From Armatimonadota bacterium (GTDB lineage: Bacteria > Armatimonadota > UBA5829 > DSUL01), in assembly GCA_039811685.1 (NCBI GenBank), contig JBDHZC010000002.1, positions 448,001 through 512,000 of the forward strand: a stretch of DNA of 64,000 nt, given 5' to 3'. This document shows, one piece after another, positions 29,165 through 38,226 of this stretch. The notes under the pieces were generated by a model. The model worked only from the letters and a program-made list of their open reading frames with translations. It had not been told where the DNA came from and did not search any database. The position numbers were made by a program, and so were the translations under genes. Position 1 is the first letter of the stretch. Each line of letters opens with the position of its first letter.

Positions 29165-29233
29165 ATAGAAAGCTTCCCACCCTCCTTTCTAGACAGACCC
29201 GGCGTTCCTGGAGAGCGCCGGGTTTTGTTTTTG
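29165..29233 (+). ncRNA. Candidate ~70-nt sRNA with C-rich loop / anti-SD sequence
   Basis: Lies between the ECF promoter and a plus-oriented terminator; hairpin TAGAAAG-CTTCCCACCCTC-CTTTCTA; no ORF. Confidence 0.55.
29195..29233 (+). terminator. Intrinsic terminator (plus-oriented; may also serve convergent lemA)
   Basis: ACCCGGCG...CGCCGGGT followed by TTTGTTTTTG. Confidence 0.85.
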
Positions 29234-29246
29234 TCAGCGTTTCAGG

Positions 29247-29876
29247 TCAGTGCTGCGGCTGAAACTGTGCGCGCACCGGCTGAGTTACGACTTCGTCAAT
29301 CTCGTAGTAGCCGTGCGTCTCGTATCCTCGCATACTCGCCACAGCGCTGGAAGGAAATCCCTGCACCAGGTTGTTGTAGTCGCGCACATTGCCGTTGAAA
29401 AATCGGCGCGCCGCCTGAATGCGGTCTTCGGTGTTAACGAGCTCCCGCTGGAGGTGGAGGAAGTTTTCGCTGGCCTTGAGGTCTGGATAGGCTTCGCTGA
29501 CAGCCAGCAACTGGCGAAGGCTTCCGACAAGCTGATTCTCGCTTTGAGCCTGGGCGCCCGCGGCGGCGGCCGGCAGGCTTTCGAAGGCTGAGAGCGCCTT
29601 CTCCCGCGCCGCAGTCACTGTTTCGAAGATTTTCTGTTCGTGGGCTGCGTAGCCCTTCACCGTAGCGGTCAGATTGGGGATCAGGTCATAGCGCCGGCGC
29701 AGCTCTGTGCCCACGTTGGACCAGGACTCCCGGATCAGGTTCTGCAGATTCACGAGCTGGTTGTTGACCGTCACTCCCCAGATAACAAGCAGCAGCGGCA
29801 CTCCTATAAGAGCCGCCATCGCTGTTACGAGGGCTACGTCCAGACCACCGCCCACCGTACTTCCATATTCATTCAC
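29247..29876 (-). CDS. lemA: LemA family protein
   Basis: WSNV..ELRRRYDLIPNL..TVKGYAAHE, EAYPDLKASENF, TEDRIQAARRFFN, FPS; start uncertain. Confidence 0.93.
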   Translation of the reverse strand: MNEYGSTVGGGLDVALVTAMAALIGVPLLLVIWGVTVNNQLVNLQNLIRESWSNVGTELRRRYDLIPNLTATVKGYAAHEQKIFETVTAAREKALSAFESLPAAAAGAQAQSENQLVGSLRQLLAVSEAYPDLKASENFLHLQRELVNTEDRIQAARRFFNGNVRDYNNLVQGFPSSAVASMRGYETHGYYEIDEVVTQPVRAQFQPQH

Positions 29877-29946
29877 ACGAGACTACCTACCGTTACAATC
29901 GCTCTCACACTGGCGTGTTCACGGCCTAGCATACCAAAAAACTCAC

Positions 29947-30693
29947 TCAACGGGAAGCGCGCCGCCACGCCGCAACTGCCCCGTAGACCGCGCACCCCAG
30001 CGCTGCGCCAGCTAAAGCGTCGGACGGCCAGTGAGCCAACCGCAGAACCCGCATCGTGGCGATGGTTATGGCAGCGGCTAGAAACAGAATGCGGTATCGG
30101 GGAAAGCAATCCCCAAGAGCCAGCGCCAGCGCAAAAGCAGTCGCGCTCTCCGCGCTGGGAAAGGACTGGTAGTAGCCCTGCTTGATGTGCCCGGTACGCC
30201 CGACAGGGATGCACGGCCGGGATCGATGAACAATGAGCTTGATAAGAGTCGCCGCCAGTGCGCTGGAAAGCACTGCCACCGCTCCCCACAGTGCGGCCTG
30301 CCGCACAGAAGGGCGTTTGAGCGCAACGCCCAGCAGCCATAGCGCCACCAACGCCATCGCCAGCCTGTCCGCTTTGCCCAGAGGCGTGACAATCTCCCTC
30401 CAGTAGATGAAACCAGCAGATCCTCGCAGACTCATCAGGAGCGTGTGCGTCTGCCTGTCCAGAGTGAAGGCCGCTACGGCCGACAGCGCAATGAGAACCA
30501 GAGTCAGAGTGTACGCTGGACGGAGGCGCAACTTCGACGGCTCTGGCAGCAGATTTGCACGCCACAGTAGAGTGCGCCTCAAGATTCTTCGAGTCCTATC
30601 GGCCTGAGAGTCAGCAGAGCGCACGGGCGCCCCCGGCCGCACCCCGGCCCGGAGTTTTGAGCAAGACAAAACGTCAAGAAGACCTCCACACAT
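29947..30693 (-). CDS. PAP2-family membrane phosphatase
   Basis: K......RSRP, SFPSA(E)S, RVLRLAHWPSD motifs with TM helices; start uncertain. Confidence 0.8.
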   Translation of the reverse strand: MCGGLLDVLSCSKLRAGVRPGAPVRSADSQADRTRRILRRTLLWRANLLPEPSKLRLRPAYTLTLVLIALSAVAAFTLDRQTHTLLMSLRGSAGFIYWREIVTPLGKADRLAMALVALWLLGVALKRPSVRQAALWGAVAVLSSALAATLIKLIVHRSRPCIPVGRTGHIKQGYYQSFPSAESATAFALALALGDCFPRYRILFLAAAITIATMRVLRLAHWPSDALAGAALGCAVYGAVAAWRRASR

Positions 30694-31061
30694 CGCATAG
30701 TTGCGCCCGTTACGATCTTCAAACCTCCACCCACCCAAAGGGGAGACACAGGCAGGCAGCGCCATTTCTATGCGCACTAAGCTCGCGCGTTTGGGATCAG
30801 AGCCCCAACTCGGCCACGGTTACTGGAGTCGAGACGCTTAAGGGGCAAGGGCTTTTGCCCGGGGATACGAGCCGGAATTGCGCACAATAGTTGCGATCGC
30901 AGATCGCCTGGCACGCCATTCTACGCATCAAAAAGCCACAACTCGAGTGAATCTCATACGTCTATCACGTCGCCAGCCAGTCTACATCCGAGAGCCGCGC
31001 AGCGCCAGTGCCGGGCACTATTGATAGCCTGTTTGCGATATAAAGAAAACTGAAGACCAGG

Positions 31062-32378
31062 ATGGCACTCTCAAGTACCCATAACGAGACCCCTCAAACC
31101 CTGCACGACACGCTCCAGCTTCTGATTATCGCGGGACGCTGGCTGATTGTCATTGCCGCGCTGATGGAAATCGCGGTGCTACTGCTGTTTCATTCCAGCC
31201 ACATGTTCGCGCGCGGTAGTGAGGCTGCGTACGTTTTCACCTTTTTCATCGTCTATAACGTCGCGTCTCTCTACCTTGTGCACAGAGTGAGTTTTCAACG
31301 GCTGCCGATGGTGGTTTTTCTCGCGGTTGATCTCATTTTTGTCGCGTTCGCTTCGTACTATACCGGTGGCGCCAACAGTCCGTTTCTGGAACAGTGTTAT
31401 CTGATAATCTTCGCGGGAGCGCTGTACTACGGGCTCTCCGGCGGCGTACTCACAGCGTTTGCGAGTGTGGCGATGGAGGTCTTTCTCGTCTCGCTCAACC
31501 CGCAGTGGCTATGGCAGGATGTGCGCGAAGTCGTCCCCTATTTTATAGTCGCTGGCTTGCTCACAGGGTACCTGGTGCACCAACTGCGGCACTGGTTCGA
31601 GCGCTATGTTGAGACGGAGGAGATATCCCACGAAAGAGAGCTGGAAGCGCAGATTGCCAGGCGGGAGATGGAGCTTGCGCGGCGCATGCAGCAGGCCATA
31701 CTGCCCTCTGCGCCGCCTGCATTGAAGGGATTTGACATAGCCGCGCGCCTAGACTTCGCTTCAGAGGTGGGGGGCGACTTCTACCTGTTCTTTCCCGGCA
31801 AAGACAGGATGCAGATCGTTATCGGAGATGTCTCAGGCAAGGGCTTCGGCGCAGCGCTCATTTCCACCAGCATCGCCAACATGCTGCCCATCCTGCACCC
31901 ACTGGAGCGCCCGGTGGAGGCTCTGCAGGAGCTAAACCACGATCTGGAAGACCGCCTCCCGACAGACACGTTCGTCACGATGATCATCGCGGAAATTGCC
32001 ACATCAACGGAAGATGTCACTCTGTGGAACTGCGGACATCCGCCGGCGCTGGTGTGGAAAGCCTCCACTGAGGAGGTGCGCGCCATCGAGCATTTTAATT
32101 CGGGGCTCGGCTTTCTGCCCGAGTGGAGCGGACTCCCCACGAGCGTGAAGTTAGGTGAAGGCGACGTCCTGCTGCTTTATACAGACGGCCTGACCGAAGC
32201 GAGAAACGTTGGGAGGGAGTGTTTCGACACCGAGCGCGCGTGCAATCTGCTGCGAAAGAGTGCGCACAAAAGCGCTCAGGAGATCGCTTCTTCTATTGCC
32301 AGCGATGTGCACTTGTGGGGCAGTGTTGTTGACGACATGACTATCATTGTCTGCAAGCGCATCCTCAGCGTTGCCTGA
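31062..32378 (+). CDS. Membrane-bound PP2C/SpoIIE (RsbU-like) phosphatase
   Basis: About six TM helices, then EVGGDFY, GDVSGKG, NCGHPP, LYTDGLTE, DDMT. Confidence 0.9.
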   Translation: MALSSTHNETPQTLHDTLQLLIIAGRWLIVIAALMEIAVLLLFHSSHMFARGSEAAYVFTFFIVYNVASLYLVHRVSFQRLPMVVFLAVDLIFVAFASYYTGGANSPFLEQCYLIIFAGALYYGLSGGVLTAFASVAMEVFLVSLNPQWLWQDVREVVPYFIVAGLLTGYLVHQLRHWFERYVETEEISHERELEAQIARREMELARRMQQAILPSAPPALKGFDIAARLDFASEVGGDFYLFFPGKDRMQIVIGDVSGKGFGAALISTSIANMLPILHPLERPVEALQELNHDLEDRLPTDTFVTMIIAEIATSTEDVTLWNCGHPPALVWKASTEEVRAIEHFNSGLGFLPEWSGLPTSVKLGEGDVLLLYTDGLTEARNVGRECFDTERACNLLRKSAHKSAQEIASSIASDVHLWGSVVDDMTIIVCKRILSVA

Positions 32379-32381
32379 CTG

Positions 32382-33917
32382 TCAGCGCCCGCCCAGCCAC
32401 ACAACCAGCTTGCTCAGCGCCAGATTCCCGTCGGAAGCGCGCAGCCGAAGGTCTTTTTCAGCAACTGACAGGTTCGTCTCAAAGCGCAAATCTCTCAGAC
32501 GCATTTGAGCTGTTTTCCACCGGCGGGTATTGTGGCGATCGAAACTCGCAGATGACTCAAAAGCGCTACCGTTCCAGTTGTAGTCCACAGTCACGGTCCC
32601 GCCGCCCTGATCGAAGTAGGTAACCGCGATGTCCACCACATCAATGCGAGTACTTCCGCGGCTTTCCTGAAGAATTGGGCTGTCTTCGATGTCGAGATAG
32701 ATGTACGGAAACTCTGGAGTTGTCTTCTTGCACTCGATGCCCGCCATCGAATCTGGCTGTGGGCGACACAGCGGCAGGTACGGCTCTCGAGGGTGGCAGG
32801 ACAGGATACCGTTGAACTCATCCTCAAAAACAGGACTGTAGTCCGGGTCGTGATAGCGCGGGCGCATCTGCGCAAAGCGGATGTACAGCGGGCCGGCCTG
32901 CCTGTACGACTTCATACCCAGATGCTGCGCCGCCCATTCGATATCCCTTCGCATCTCTGGCTTGCACAGGTCCGTTTCGTAAATCCAGAGATAGTCCGGA
33001 CAGTCCAGTAAAGCCCGATTGATCGAAGACCGAAAGGTGGCCTTCTCCCAGCCCCAGGGCTCGCTGGTCGCCACACCCTGCTCGTAGATGCGCCTGGTCT
33101 TTCCGATGGTGTTAATAAAGATGCGGCTGAAGTGCTCGTGATCTGTGTAGGAGTAGTGAGCGCCCCAGCCGTTCTGCTTCAGATACAGCCCGTGCCGCAC
33201 TGCAAACTCCGCAAGCTCATAGCCGATCACTTTGCGGTCCTGCGTGTGCGCATCCGGGCCGCCGATACTGATTGACAGGACAAGCGGGGTGCGTTTGAGA
33301 GCGTTCATAAAGACTCGCGCCATCCGTTTGCAGTGCTCAATATAGTGAGCATGAGTGTACCCCAGCTCCTGCCAGCGCTTTGACATCTGCTCGTTGTCTG
33401 TGTGAACGTAGGTTTCTTCCCAGCGGCCAACCCCGCCAATCTGCACAAACTCAATGCCCGGATTCCCGTCGTAACGCCGAGCCAGCGCACTAACCATCTC
33501 CGAATACTTCTGTACGAAAACAGGATTCCAGAACACCGGAAACACTATGTTCGAAGCGCTGAACTCATTTGAGTCCACTTTTGGAACGCGGTATCTGTCA
33601 AACACCCAGTCTGGCGTGGCGCTGTTTTCGTTGCACGCGCTCATAATGCGAATGACAACTTTCTTTCCCGCGCTAACCCAGGGCCGCATCGTCTCATCAA
33701 TCAGCTTCCAGTTGTAGCGCCCCTCCTCCGGCTCAATCTCCCGCCATTCGAACAACAGCTCTTTACCGGCGACAAGTGGGTCGCCGAGAGCGCAGTCCGA
33801 GCCGCGCGGAAATCCGCCGAAGAGGAAAATGCCGCCACCACTGCGAGCACTGGCGACACTGCACGAGGCGAGTAACAGAATCCAGACAGCAAGCATTGGA
33901 AGGAGTTGGGTCTTCAT
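32382..33917 (-). CDS. Secreted glycoside hydrolase-like protein (GH42-like/DUF4832-like TIM barrel)
   Basis: Signal peptide; WREIEPEEGRYNW, TPDWV, PVFWNP, RYDGNP, G.WEE. Confidence 0.7.
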   Translation of the reverse strand: MKTQLLPMLAVWILLLASCSVASARSGGGIFLFGGFPRGSDCALGDPLVAGKELLFEWREIEPEEGRYNWKLIDETMRPWVSAGKKVVIRIMSACNENSATPDWVFDRYRVPKVDSNEFSASNIVFPVFWNPVFVQKYSEMVSALARRYDGNPGIEFVQIGGVGRWEETYVHTDNEQMSKRWQELGYTHAHYIEHCKRMARVFMNALKRTPLVLSISIGGPDAHTQDRKVIGYELAEFAVRHGLYLKQNGWGAHYSYTDHEHFSRIFINTIGKTRRIYEQGVATSEPWGWEKATFRSSINRALLDCPDYLWIYETDLCKPEMRRDIEWAAQHLGMKSYRQAGPLYIRFAQMRPRYHDPDYSPVFEDEFNGILSCHPREPYLPLCRPQPDSMAGIECKKTTPEFPYIYLDIEDSPILQESRGSTRIDVVDIAVTYFDQGGGTVTVDYNWNGSAFESSASFDRHNTRRWKTAQMRLRDLRFETNLSVAEKDLRLRASDGNLALSKLVVWLGGR

Positions 33918-33997
33918 AGCGGGTAGTTAAGTCTAACAGCTTCATCTGCCGCATGACAATCGGACTGGCGGCGGTTTTACAGAGCGAGGAATCAGCG

Positions 33998-35470
33998 ATG
34001 CGAATTCTGTACATAGACGTCGACTGCATGCGGCCGGACCATCTCGGATGCTACGGCTATCATCGCGACACAAGTCCCAACATTGACGCGGTCGCTGCGC
34101 GGGGGACACGCTGTGAAAACTTCTACGCCTCAGACGCTCCCTGCCTGCCCTCCCGGACTGCGCTCTTCAGCGGACGCCTCGGGATCCACACCGGCGTCAT
34201 CAACCACGGAGGCCTCCAGGCGGACATGCGCCCGCAGGGTGAGCGGAGGGGCTTCAGCAATATGTCTGGGCCGTGCATTTCGTGGATGACGGCGCTGCGC
34301 AAGGCTGGGCTGTACACAGCGACGGTCAGCCCGTTCCCAACGCGTCACGCGGCATGGTTTTTTCTGGATGGTTTCCGGGAGTGGATGGATACGGGCGGCG
34401 GAGGGCTGGACCGCGCTGATGAGGTCACTCCCACTGCGCTGAAATGGCTGAAAGACCACGCCCGTGAGGATAACTGGTTTCTCCACGTGAACTACTGGGA
34501 CCCGCACACGCCGTACAGAACGCCGCTGGAATATGGCAATCCCTTTGCGGACGATGCGCCGCCGGGATGGCTGACGCAGGAGACTATAGACGCACAGCGC
34601 CAAAGCTACGGCCCGCACAGCGCGCGCGACCTGTACGAATATGGACCCTTCGATACGGCAAAGTGGCCGCGCGTACCCGCCGAAATCGCCACGCTTGCGG
34701 ACTGGAAGAAGTGGATTGACGGTTATGACACGGGTATCCGCTACGCTGACGACGATATCGGCCGTGTCCTGAATCTGCTGGCGGACGAAGGCGTCCTGGA
34801 TGAGACGGTGATTATCATCTCAGCCGACCACGGCGAAAACCAGGGCGAGTTGAACGTGTACGGGGACCATCAGACCGCCGACCACTGGACATGCCGCGTG
34901 CCCCTTATTGTCGCAGGGCCCGAGATTCAGCAGGGGCATGTAGATTCTGGGCTGCACTACCAGCTTGACCTCGCGCCCACAGTAACAAACCTGGTTGGCG
35001 GAGTCTGCGGCGAGATGTGGGACGGCGAAAGCTTTCTGCCAGCCCTCACAGGAGAAGTCACCTCTTCTGAGACTTCGCGACAGTATCTTGTCGTCAGCCA
35101 GGGCGCATGGGCGTGCCAGCGCTCCGTGAGATGGGATCGCTGGATGTTGATCCGGACCTATCACGACGGTCTGAAAGACTTCCCGGAGTCTATGCTCTTC
35201 GATCTGCGGGACGACCCTCACGAAGAGCGCGACCTGGCTTCTCAAAAGCCTGAGATCGTTGAGCAGGGGCTGAGCTATCTGAACAGCTGGTACGAGGCCA
35301 TGATGGCCGTTTCTCCAGACTCAGAAGACCCGATGTGGGAAGTAATTCAGGAGGGTGGCCCGTTCCACACACGCGGCCGCCTGGAGCGCTACGCCGGGAT
35401 TCTGGAGGATACAGGCCGCTTGGAAGCAGCCGAGAGAATGCGCGGCCGGCATGCAAAGTTTGCGAAGTGA
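33998..35470 (+). CDS. Formylglycine-dependent (Cys-type) sulfatase
   Basis: DCMRPDHLG, CLPSR (CxPxR), WDPHTPY, ADHGE, RVPLI; ATG 33998 after GAGGA. Confidence 0.92.
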   Translation: MRILYIDVDCMRPDHLGCYGYHRDTSPNIDAVAARGTRCENFYASDAPCLPSRTALFSGRLGIHTGVINHGGLQADMRPQGERRGFSNMSGPCISWMTALRKAGLYTATVSPFPTRHAAWFFLDGFREWMDTGGGGLDRADEVTPTALKWLKDHAREDNWFLHVNYWDPHTPYRTPLEYGNPFADDAPPGWLTQETIDAQRQSYGPHSARDLYEYGPFDTAKWPRVPAEIATLADWKKWIDGYDTGIRYADDDIGRVLNLLADEGVLDETVIIISADHGENQGELNVYGDHQTADHWTCRVPLIVAGPEIQQGHVDSGLHYQLDLAPTVTNLVGGVCGEMWDGESFLPALTGEVTSSETSRQYLVVSQGAWACQRSVRWDRWMLIRTYHDGLKDFPESMLFDLRDDPHEERDLASQKPEIVEQGLSYLNSWYEAMMAVSPDSEDPMWEVIQEGGPFHTRGRLERYAGILEDTGRLEAAERMRGRHAKFAK

Positions 35471-35550
35471 GTGAGACTCACACGCGTACTGCGAGATTGC
35501 CACAGCTGAATCCAGCGAGATTCCCCGCAGCAGCGGGCGACATCTGACAT

Positions 35551-37260
35551 CTACTCCGGGTGCAGATGAGCGGGTCTGGCCTTGGCCTGTATTCGGGCGA
35601 GAGTCCCAGGCTCAACTCCGGCGATGATGACAGACACGCGATCGCCAGCCCGGAGCCGTGTGCTGCCACTGGGGACCAGTTCAGTGCCGCCGCGGTCAAT
35701 TGTGACCACCAGACACCCCGGAGGCAAGCCCAGATCGCGCACGCGCTTGCTCTGCATCTCCGACTCCGGCTCCACAGCAAAGTCCACCAGAATCGGCTCA
35801 CTGTGGTCGGCAGCCTTCATACCCGTCCTGCGCAGATCCTGCTCAAGCATTGCCTCGTACACGGGCTTGTCACCGAGATGCTCTGCTACAACGTAAGCCG
35901 TCAAGCATGCCACCAGAAGCGCAAATAGCTGCTGCTGGTTCCCTGTCATCTCCAGAATCAGGACGATACCGGTGAGCGGAGCGCGGATGCTGGCGGCGAA
36001 GAACGCCGCCATTCCCACCACAGAGAATGCGGCGGGAGTCTGCGCGAGATCTGGAAAGAAAATGGCGCTTGCCTGCCCTACGATCAACCCGAGGATAGCG
36101 CCCAGCACCAGCAGGGGAGCAAAAATTCCCCCAGGCACCCCTGTTCCGTAGCTGAAGACAGTAAGCGCGAACTTCACCGCAAAAAGCAGGACCAGAAACG
36201 ACAGAAGGTGGGCGCCGGCGAAGCGCCCCTGAAGGATTTGCTCCGCAACATTGTGACCGCCTCCCACTGCCAGAGGCACCCACCATGCCGTTGCGGCGGC
36301 AACGGCGCCCATAGTAGCGGCGGCAAACCACGGAGGCTGTTTCCAGGACCGAAAGAAGCTGGTACACCACAGCAGGCACCGGTTGTAATAGACGCCTCCA
36401 AGACCGGTTAGAAGCCCGACGACGCCGAAGAGCGGCAGCGCCGTGAGAGGGGCTGTTGGATAGCCCTGTATGTGAAAGGATGGCAGTTGTCCGGTGAGGG
36501 CGCGCGTAATTGCGACAGCGGTCACAGCAGCGACAAAGGATGTGCCGTAGGTCAGCGCTGAGAGTTCGCGCTGGAGCTCCTCGATAACGAAGAGAAAACC
36601 CGCCAGCGGCGCATTGAAGACAGCCGCCAGTCCCGCCCCAGCCCCGCACGCTATCAGGCTGGGCTGGACGCGGCGAGGCAACTTCAAAACGTCACTGAAG
36701 GCCTTACCAAAGCATGCGCCTATCTGTACGGCCGGGCCTTCCCTGCCCAGAGACATACCAGCCCCGATAGCCAGAACTCCCGCGACGAACTTCACTGGCA
36801 GGATCCGCTTCCAGTTGAGCTCCCGCAGATGGAGAAGCACTCCTTTGATGTGCGGGATTCCGCTTCCGCCCGCCTCCGGGGCGTAGCGCGCGGTGATCTC
36901 TCCGGCAATACCCGCCATAACAAACCCGCAGCAGGGAAGAACCATCCATCCCCACGCCGGATGAGTCTTGAGCCAGAGCAGCGCATGTGTGCGCAGCGTC
37001 TCTGCGTAGAACAAAGACACCTCAAACGCCACTCCGGCAAATCCGGCCAGAGCACCGACACCGGCGGCCCGGGCAAGCTGGATGCGCCTGCGCGCGCGCA
37101 GGAGGCTGGTACGCCTGCGCTCCCGCTCTCCGCGCAGAACCGCCTCGGCGCTCTGCTCCGCCATGCGCGATTCTCCTGTGAGAGATTCGCCTGCCAGTTC
37201 GTTTATGCTCAACTCATCCTTGGGAGTTGCGCTCTTTTGGTCTTCGGACTCAGACATCAC
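35551..37260 (-). CDS. clcA: ClC H+/Cl- antiporter with C-terminal TrkA-C domain
   Basis: GSGIP, GREGP, FNAPLAG..FVIEE, GGIFAP, RAPLTG, PVYE; tail VPSGSTRLRAGD. Confidence 0.92.
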   Translation of the reverse strand: MMSESEDQKSATPKDELSINELAGESLTGESRMAEQSAEAVLRGERERRRTSLLRARRRIQLARAAGVGALAGFAGVAFEVSLFYAETLRTHALLWLKTHPAWGWMVLPCCGFVMAGIAGEITARYAPEAGGSGIPHIKGVLLHLRELNWKRILPVKFVAGVLAIGAGMSLGREGPAVQIGACFGKAFSDVLKLPRRVQPSLIACGAGAGLAAVFNAPLAGFLFVIEELQRELSALTYGTSFVAAVTAVAITRALTGQLPSFHIQGYPTAPLTALPLFGVVGLLTGLGGVYYNRCLLWCTSFFRSWKQPPWFAAATMGAVAAATAWWVPLAVGGGHNVAEQILQGRFAGAHLLSFLVLLFAVKFALTVFSYGTGVPGGIFAPLLVLGAILGLIVGQASAIFFPDLAQTPAAFSVVGMAAFFAASIRAPLTGIVLILEMTGNQQQLFALLVACLTAYVVAEHLGDKPVYEAMLEQDLRRTGMKAADHSEPILVDFAVEPESEMQSKRVRDLGLPPGCLVVTIDRGGTELVPSGSTRLRAGDRVSVIIAGVEPGTLARIQAKARPAHLHPE

Positions 37261-37412
37261 TCAGGGGACTTTTTGGCACAAAAAGCAGGCATGAGCCACG
37301 CCATCACGGAGCGCTGGGCTATGTTGTGCGTCGCCGGCGTGAGAATTTGGGATAAACTCAGTGAGGGTTTCGTCACGCACGGGCGTGGCTTCTCGCCCTG
37401 GAATGTAGAGGA

Positions 37413-38057
37413 ATGGATATGTTGAAGAAAGCTTTGATACTTCCGGTCTGCGCGGGGCTGTGTCTGGGCGCATCGGTCGCGCAGGTACAGGGCGATGGCG
37501 CCACCGCGCCTCCTGCTCCGGCCAGTAATCGAATGATGCAGATGCGCCCCGCTGTCATAAAGGCGCTCGCGGTTCTGCACCCCACAGAGGGCAACAAGGC
37601 GCATGGCACGGTCGTCTTTACGAGAGAAGGCGCAAAAGTTCGCGTGGTCGCTGACGTTGACGGCCTTCAACCAAACAGCAAGCACGGATTTCACATCCAT
37701 GAGTTTGGTGACTGCAGCTCTGGGGACGGGATGAGCGCGGGCGGGCACTTCAATCCGATGGGCCATCAGCACGCCGGGCCGTCAACCGAGCTGCGGCACT
37801 CCGGCGACATGGGCAACCTTCAGGCCGACGCCAACGGACATGCGCACCTGGACATCACCCTGGACAACATCACTCTCGGAATGGGGCCCACGAACATCCT
37901 GGGACGTGGAGTGATTGTCCACGCGCAGGAAGATGACTTCGCGACGCAGCCGACAGGTAACGCGGGTGGCCGAATTGCCTGTGGGGTGATCGGGATCGCC
38001 AAAGACGGGATTCAAAAACCAGCCACGCCCAGCGCTCCTGCTGCGAAACCCCAGTAG
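37413..38057 (+). CDS. sodC: Periplasmic Cu/Zn superoxide dismutase
   Basis: Signal peptide; HGFHIHE, SAGGHFNP, HSGDMGN, VHAQEDD, GNAGGRIACG; start 37413 or 37419. Confidence 0.95.
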   Translation: MDMLKKALILPVCAGLCLGASVAQVQGDGATAPPAPASNRMMQMRPAVIKALAVLHPTEGNKAHGTVVFTREGAKVRVVADVDGLQPNSKHGFHIHEFGDCSSGDGMSAGGHFNPMGHQHAGPSTELRHSGDMGNLQADANGHAHLDITLDNITLGMGPTNILGRGVIVHAQEDDFATQPTGNAGGRIACGVIGIAKDGIQKPATPSAPAAKPQ

Positions 38058-38211
38058 TTTTGAGGCCGCGCCTGCGCTGAGAAGACGCCGCTGAAACCGG
38101 CTCTGGGGCGTGGCCCAGCAAGCCTGCACTACGGACAGTGGAGAAGACCCAGAATACTGTCTCAAGAAAGCTGCAAATCTTCCCGATACAGGTGTTGAAA
38201 GGCTTCCAATC

Positions 38212-38220
38212 TGGTATAAT
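38212..38220 (+). promoter_or_regulatory. Extended -10 promoter TGGTATAAT
   Basis: Perfect TGnTATAAT; TTGAAA upstream at only 14-nt spacing; next CDS is ~665 nt away, beyond a terminator-like hairpin. Confidence 0.7.
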
Positions 38221-38226
38221 ACAGAT

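Noticed and set aside
29181..29190. 16S rRNA fragment
   Set aside because: Only a 10-nt tail match with no flanking rRNA sequence
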